A stretch of DNA of 29,415 bases, taken from contig DMOB01000259.1 in assembly GCA_003452475.1 (NCBI GenBank), positions 1-29,415 on the forward strand, in the 5' to 3' direction. Position 1 is the first letter of the stretch. Each line of letters opens with the position of its first letter. Shown here piece by piece: positions 25,461 through 29,415 of the stretch. Both the position numbers and the translations under genes were made by a program. The DNA is from Acidimicrobiaceae bacterium. GTDB lineage: Bacteria > Actinomycetota > Acidimicrobiia > Acidimicrobiales > Poriferisodalaceae. The notes under the pieces were generated by a model. It had not been told where the DNA came from. It ran no database searches and saw nothing but the letters and a program-made list of their open reading frames with translations.

Positions 25461-26858
25461 TTGGCCGTTGCGTGTGGCGTTGGGTTTCTGAGCGGTCTTG
25501 ATACATCCGTTAACATAGCGTTTCCCGCTCTTAGCGCCGCCTTTGAATTAGACGTTTCGGATATTCAATGGGTTGTCATAAGTTTCGTTCTCAGCTATTC
25601 AATTTTGCTATTACCAATAGGCCGGTTTGCTGATCAAATCGGTCATGGTCGTGTTGTGCTAGCCGGGATCATTGTTGAAATGTTTGCTTTAGCAGCGTGT
25701 GGAATGGCGACAGTCTTCTGGTTTTTTGTTCTGGCAAGAATAGCCCAAGGAATCGGCATCGCATTTATGTTGAGCTCTGCGCCTGCGCTCGTAACCCTTT
25801 CAGTGTCTGAAGAAAATCAACCGCGCGCTCTTGCTCTTTTCGCAATGATGATCGCTATGGGCGTAGCTGCGGGAGCCCCGATAGGAGGCGTACTCCTCCA
25901 AACATGGGATTGGCAAAGTGTTTACCTATACAGAGTTCCCTACACGGGCCTGCTCATGCTCCTATCTCTCTGCTGTGCCATGTATCGTCGCCCAACGATA
26001 ACGAAACCTGAAGTGCTAGACATCAAAGGCGCTTTATCATTGGGGAGCGGACTTGGGTTAGTTCTCTTTGTGGCGAGCCGAGGGTTTACTTGGGGCTGGT
26101 TTGCGTTTCCAACTTTATCAATGGCAGGTATAGGCATCGGGCTGCTAGCTGTGTTCGTGATTGTTGAACGTAAGTCAGAAAACCCGTTAATAGACTTTAA
26201 CCTTTTTGCTATTCCTGACTTTGTTACTGCCAATTGTTTGAACGCATTAGCTAACGCAGCAATGTTTACAGTGTGGTTTTTGGGCCCATATTTTTTAGTA
26301 ACTGTTCGCGGCCATGGAACAACTGCCGGAGGCTTAATCCTTGCTGTGTCTCCTATTGCTACAGCCATTGCTGCGAAGTACTCGGCACGGTTAGTGCGAA
26401 GAATTAACATCAATTTGCTAAGTCGCTGGGGTCTTCTAATTGAAGGAATTGGGTTAGTAGCCATGAGCAGGGCAACTGCACTAACACCTCTACCAGTAGT
26501 GGTAATTTTTCTTGTACTTGTTGGCGCAGGACTTGGTTTGTTTCAAGTTCCGAACATGAGCTTTGTGATGGCTTCTATCGATCGAACAAAACAAGGATTA
26601 GCCGGTGGTATTACGCAAATGACCCGAACGGTTGGGCTAGTGGCCGGGCTGGCCGTCTGGAACACTCTTTACATCATTCTGCGTGATCGCAAAGCTGCAG
26701 AGTTGAGTATCAGCGAGTTAGAAGATCCGAGAATTTTTGTACCTGCATATAGCGCCGTCCTCGGTTTAGCTGGATTGTTGTGTCTACTCGGAACGCTTGC
26801 AACTCGTCAGAAACGAGCCACTATCAATGACCTTCCCGATGTTCCATTGTGTAAATAA
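25461..26858 (+). CDS. MFS transporter, 14-TM DHA2 (EmrB/QacA-like); true start uncertain
   Basis: LD-SVNIAFP (motif D1), QWVVISF, GRFADQIG, ARIAQGIG, GGVLL-W-W, ERKSENPLID, Q--RTVG. Confidence 0.9.
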   Translation: MAVACGVGFLSGLDTSVNIAFPALSAAFELDVSDIQWVVISFVLSYSILLLPIGRFADQIGHGRVVLAGIIVEMFALAACGMATVFWFFVLARIAQGIGIAFMLSSAPALVTLSVSEENQPRALALFAMMIAMGVAAGAPIGGVLLQTWDWQSVYLYRVPYTGLLMLLSLCCAMYRRPTITKPEVLDIKGALSLGSGLGLVLFVASRGFTWGWFAFPTLSMAGIGIGLLAVFVIVERKSENPLIDFNLFAIPDFVTANCLNALANAAMFTVWFLGPYFLVTVRGHGTTAGGLILAVSPIATAIAAKYSARLVRRININLLSRWGLLIEGIGLVAMSRATALTPLPVVVIFLVLVGAGLGLFQVPNMSFVMASIDRTKQGLAGGITQMTRTVGLVAGLAVWNTLYIILRDRKAAELSISELEDPRIFVPAYSAVLGLAGLLCLLGTLATRQKRATINDLPDVPLCK

Positions 26859-27753
26859 TAGTTCCTAAAGAAATAAGTACGATACCCATGCCCGCCATTT
26901 GCCAAACGTTCAGGCTCTCACCTAAAAAAAGGGCTGCCCAGGCAGTCGATAAAATGGGTACAGCGAGAAACATCAGCGAAACCAGAACAAGCTTGGTATT
27001 TGAGTGAGCAAAATTAACGAGTGTGTGTCCAGCCCCGCCGACTAGAGCCAAGAGCGCTAGAAATTTCCAATCTGAGCCTGAAACCCCCATGTCCTGTCCG
27101 CTTACAAGAGCTATGGGCAACGCAACGGCCGCAGCGACCAAGGTAAGAGTCGTTTGAAGTTCTATAGCGTCCAAGTGCTTACGAGCATTTTTTGTGGCAA
27201 AAAGATAGACGGTCCAAGCAAGAATTGCGCCAACTGAGAGAAGGTCGCCTCTAAAGTCCCACTCAGGTCTCGTAGACGAACCATAAACAACTGTAACAAC
27301 ACCTGCCATGGCCAAAAGAGCGAGCCATCGATCAGAATGGTAAACACGTTCCCCCAGAATCGGCCCGACTAGGACTAACGACATAGCCGGCTGAATCGCT
27401 CCAATAATAGTCGCATTAGCAATAGTTGTTAATTTCACAGCAGTAAAAAACATTGCGATGTTTATTGCGAAAAGAAGCCCAGGGAACCATGACCATCGAA
27501 GAGCAGCAAGAGTAATTGTTTTGCCGCGAATAGCCATAACAAGACTCAGCGCTAGAGCTAACCAAAAAAACCTGTGAAATGATAGCGCCAATCCATCAAG
27601 ACTAAGATGCTTAGCAACTGGCCCAGTGATACTCAATAGACAGACCGCGAAAGTAGCTACAGACCAACCGGGTAAAGCAGTTTTAGAACTGACAGATTCG
27701 GCTTGTGTTACTTCAAAAATATGTGCATTATCCACCGGGTGCGAATCTTCCAC
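26824..27753 (-). CDS. DMT superfamily (EamA-like) transporter
   Basis: About 10 TM segments in two EamA repeats: TTIANATII, LGERV, GDLLS, FLGESL-VWQ-AGM. Confidence 0.9.
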   Translation of the reverse strand: MEDSHPVDNAHIFEVTQAESVSSKTALPGWSVATFAVCLLSITGPVAKHLSLDGLALSFHRFFWLALALSLVMAIRGKTITLAALRWSWFPGLLFAINIAMFFTAVKLTTIANATIIGAIQPAMSLVLVGPILGERVYHSDRWLALLAMAGVVTVVYGSSTRPEWDFRGDLLSVGAILAWTVYLFATKNARKHLDAIELQTTLTLVAAAVALPIALVSGQDMGVSGSDWKFLALLALVGGAGHTLVNFAHSNTKLVLVSLMFLAVPILSTAWAALFLGESLNVWQMAGMGIVLISLGTIIYTMEHREGH

Positions 27754-27759
27754 GCGGAG

Positions 27760-28815
27760 CTAAGTTGCCATATGGCGACGCGAGACGAGGTCATTTACGC
27801 CGATAGCTTCTCGGATATCGGCCGATGGCTCGTCTGTCCCTGCGTCAAGCGGAGTTCCGGTCCCATCTGCTATTCGAGTCATCATATGAAACATTGCACT
27901 AACTCCGACTGCATCAACGAAAACATCAGCGCCGGCTGCATTGACTAATTCTTCGCGAACAGCAGTCAATTCATTCAAATTTTTAGACCACAAGGCCTCA
28001 GATAGTTTTGACAACAACTCTCCGTGAAGAACACCCCCATTACCGTCCGTGGAACTCGAAATAGCTTCGAAAGAAATATCTATGTTCTGGCTGACCCCAC
28101 TCAAACTGAGCAGAAAAGAATGGCTCGTAGTTCAATAAAAACACTCATTCAGCTTTGAAGTTCGGGCCGCAACTAATTCTATTTGAAGTCGAGTCAGCGA
28201 GTTGTACCCAGATGTCAAATCGCCCAACAGAGCAGCAGTTGGCACATATTGAACACTCGAAAGAATTTCTCGCGATTCATTTTCAAAAGGAACAGAGCTT
28301 AGCGCCTTCAAAACATTTGGACCTTTGGTAGCAGCGGTAGGTACCCAATGAGTCGTAACAGATACTTCTAACTCACTCATGACGGCAGTCTTTGTAGCTA
28401 TCGGGTCGGGCAAGTCGACTCTTTTAACGCCAAGGCCATCGGCAAATCGATCTACACAGTTAGCTTGAGCGACTAATCCAACCAACTCTACGTACGCAAC
28501 TGGATCAATATTTCGAGAGATAATCGATTCGTACCATTCCTTTGTGAGCGTTCCGGGGTGATTAGTTAACCGCCAAATAACATCTATCGCAGCATCAGGG
28601 AGAGGATGGTTATTGGCTATGAATCCTTCAATGGAGCTTGGCGCTTCCCAAGGAGCCAACTCGTCTGCGTCTATCGCACGGCGCACCTCAGCTATAACTG
28701 AAAGTCTCTGTTTGCTACTCCAAGAGTGACTGGGAGTAGCCCATCTTGTGGCTAAGTCTCCATGAGCTGCATCAAGCTCTGGCCGTATGGGAAGTTCCGT
28801 CGTGTAGGTAGACAT
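27760..28815 (-). CDS. AhpD/CMD-like alkylhydroperoxidase-related selenoprotein (CxxU motif). One 351-aa CDS (357 aa if started at 28833) with Sec at TGA 28132-28134; merges track ORFs 28132-28833 and 27760-28104
   Basis: The upstream ORF ends ...ELVAARTSKLNECFY-TGA. The same frame continues TTSHSFLLS directly into the downstream ORF with no further stop, giving C-F-Y-U-T-T-S-H, which matches the AhpD CxxCxxxH motif. A SECIS-like hairpin follows. The two halves share CMD-type endings (DRFADGLG and TRIADGTG). Confidence 0.85.
28097..28113 (-). promoter_or_regulatory. Putative bacterial SECIS element (CUGCUCA-GUU-UGAGUGG)
   Basis: 7-bp stem including two G-U wobble pairs. The apical loop begins with G and starts 25 nt after the UGA, within the spacing typical of bacterial SECIS elements. 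Confidence 0.6.
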
Positions 28816-28969
28816 TGTTCTATATTTGCACATTTTCTCTGAGTATCCTGAGAAGCTCTTTTTAAGGAACTATTCAGAAGTTAAAGGAAAAATTCAACTT
28901 CAGGTGACGTGACCCCCAAATGAGGCGTACGATTTGTCCAATAAGGCACGGCAATTATAAGGAGCGATC

Positions 28970-29415
28970 ATGCCGACTCCCCAGAAAGCCATCTTTAACG
29001 GGATGGGTCAAAATCAATGGTACGTTCACCTCAGTCGAACAGAAGGCGCTGACCTTGGAGTAATTAAGACAGCGCTGTCTGGCTTGGTTACCGATTGCAA
29101 CGCGGAGGGTATTAACCTTACTCTTGGCTTTGGTCCAGGTCTGTTACCAGAATTGACTGATGATGTTCCCGAAGACTTTCAGGCTTATACAACAGTTGAA
29201 TCCACCGATGGTTCAGGTCGCCAGGCTAAAGGCACTCAAGAAGAGCTGCTTTTGTGGCTGAATCATGATGACAAGGACAAGGTTTGGAAAGCTCAATACG
29301 ACGCTCGCAAAGCCCTAGAAGGTCACATGGCCGTTGCGCGTGAAACGCCAACGTTTATTTACGGCGAGTCCCTCGACATTGCCGGCTTCAAAGATGGAGC
29401 CGGTAATCCAGCCGA
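28970..29415 (+). CDS. DyP-type (dye-decolorizing) heme peroxidase, 5' part, truncated by the window end; not in the ORF track
   Basis: AAGGAG SD, then an open frame of 148 codons: MPTPQKAIF...LTLGFGP...TQEELLLWL...LDIAGFKDGAGNP, containing the GXXDG(xxNP) DyP motif at 29384-29398. No signal peptide. Confidence 0.9.
   Translation, partial: MPTPQKAIFNGMGQNQWYVHLSRTEGADLGVIKTALSGLVTDCNAEGINLTLGFGPGLLPELTDDVPEDFQAYTTVESTDGSGRQAKGTQEELLLWLNHDDKDKVWKAQYDARKALEGHMAVARETPTFIYGESLDIAGFKDGAGNPA

Noticed and set aside
825-27948. Short alternative-frame and antisense ORFs in the track (e.g. 4154-4612, 5601-6059, 18070-18588, 21178-21549, 25940-26464)
   Set aside because: All lie within or opposite well-supported genes and show no recognisable motifs. 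They are expected shadow ORFs.
27760-28104. Stand-alone 114-aa hypothetical protein
   Set aside because: It is in frame with the upstream ORF across a single TGA, has no SD, and its TTG lies inside the SECIS-like hairpin. Better explained as the C-terminal part of the selenoprotein.
28132-28134. Pseudogene (nonsense mutation) interpretation of the TGA
   Set aside because: Not excluded, since TGY to TGA is one substitution. Less favoured because the stop falls exactly at the redox Cys position, a SECIS-like stem follows at suitable spacing, and both halves are otherwise intact.
28834-28969. tRNA-Sec (selC) or an OxyR/LysR-type site in the selenoprotein-DyP intergenic region
   Set aside because: No cloverleaf, T-loop or UCA anticodon arm is seen. 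Only a weak GAAGTT-N13-AACTTC dyad is present, which is too little to call.
1-29415. CRISPR arrays, IS elements, prophage genes, rRNA/tRNA, tandem repeats
   Set aside because: No regularly spaced repeats, transposase or integrase motifs, or structural RNA signatures were seen, and intergenic gaps are all under about 200 nt.

Overview
Gene-dense window (about 31 CDS, roughly 45-50% GC from spot counts) from what looks like a lower-GC actinobacterium. The gene repertoire suggests marine Acidimicrobiia, which is an inference. After rmuC, it is mostly a mosaic of catabolic and redox genes: four luciferase-like (LLM) oxidoreductases (two in F420-associated families), a cytochrome P450, an HsaA/HpaH-type flavin monooxygenase, two family III CoA-transferases, two crotonase-fold enzymes, an ACAD10/11-type acyl-CoA dehydrogenase, an SDR, an epoxide hydrolase, two amidohydrolases, an esterase, a ROK kinase, three MFS transporters and one DMT transporter. 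No transcription factor, tRNA, rRNA, CRISPR array or mobile element was seen. The main hidden feature: two ORFs given separately in the track (28132-28833 and 27760-28104, minus strand) form one reading frame interrupted by a single in-frame TGA. That TGA falls at the second Cys position of the AhpD motif (N-E-C-F-Y-U-T-T-S-H = CxxUxxxH) and is followed by a SECIS-like hairpin, so this is a probable AhpD-like selenoprotein. It is divergent from a DyP-type peroxidase (28970 to window end, absent from the track) and lies directly upstream of a DMT transporter. Other points: an unlisted 36-aa membrane microprotein (22862-22972), a ROK kinase lacking all three zinc-binding cysteines, a possible HutX/ChuX-like hypothetical protein, and several apparently leaderless genes.
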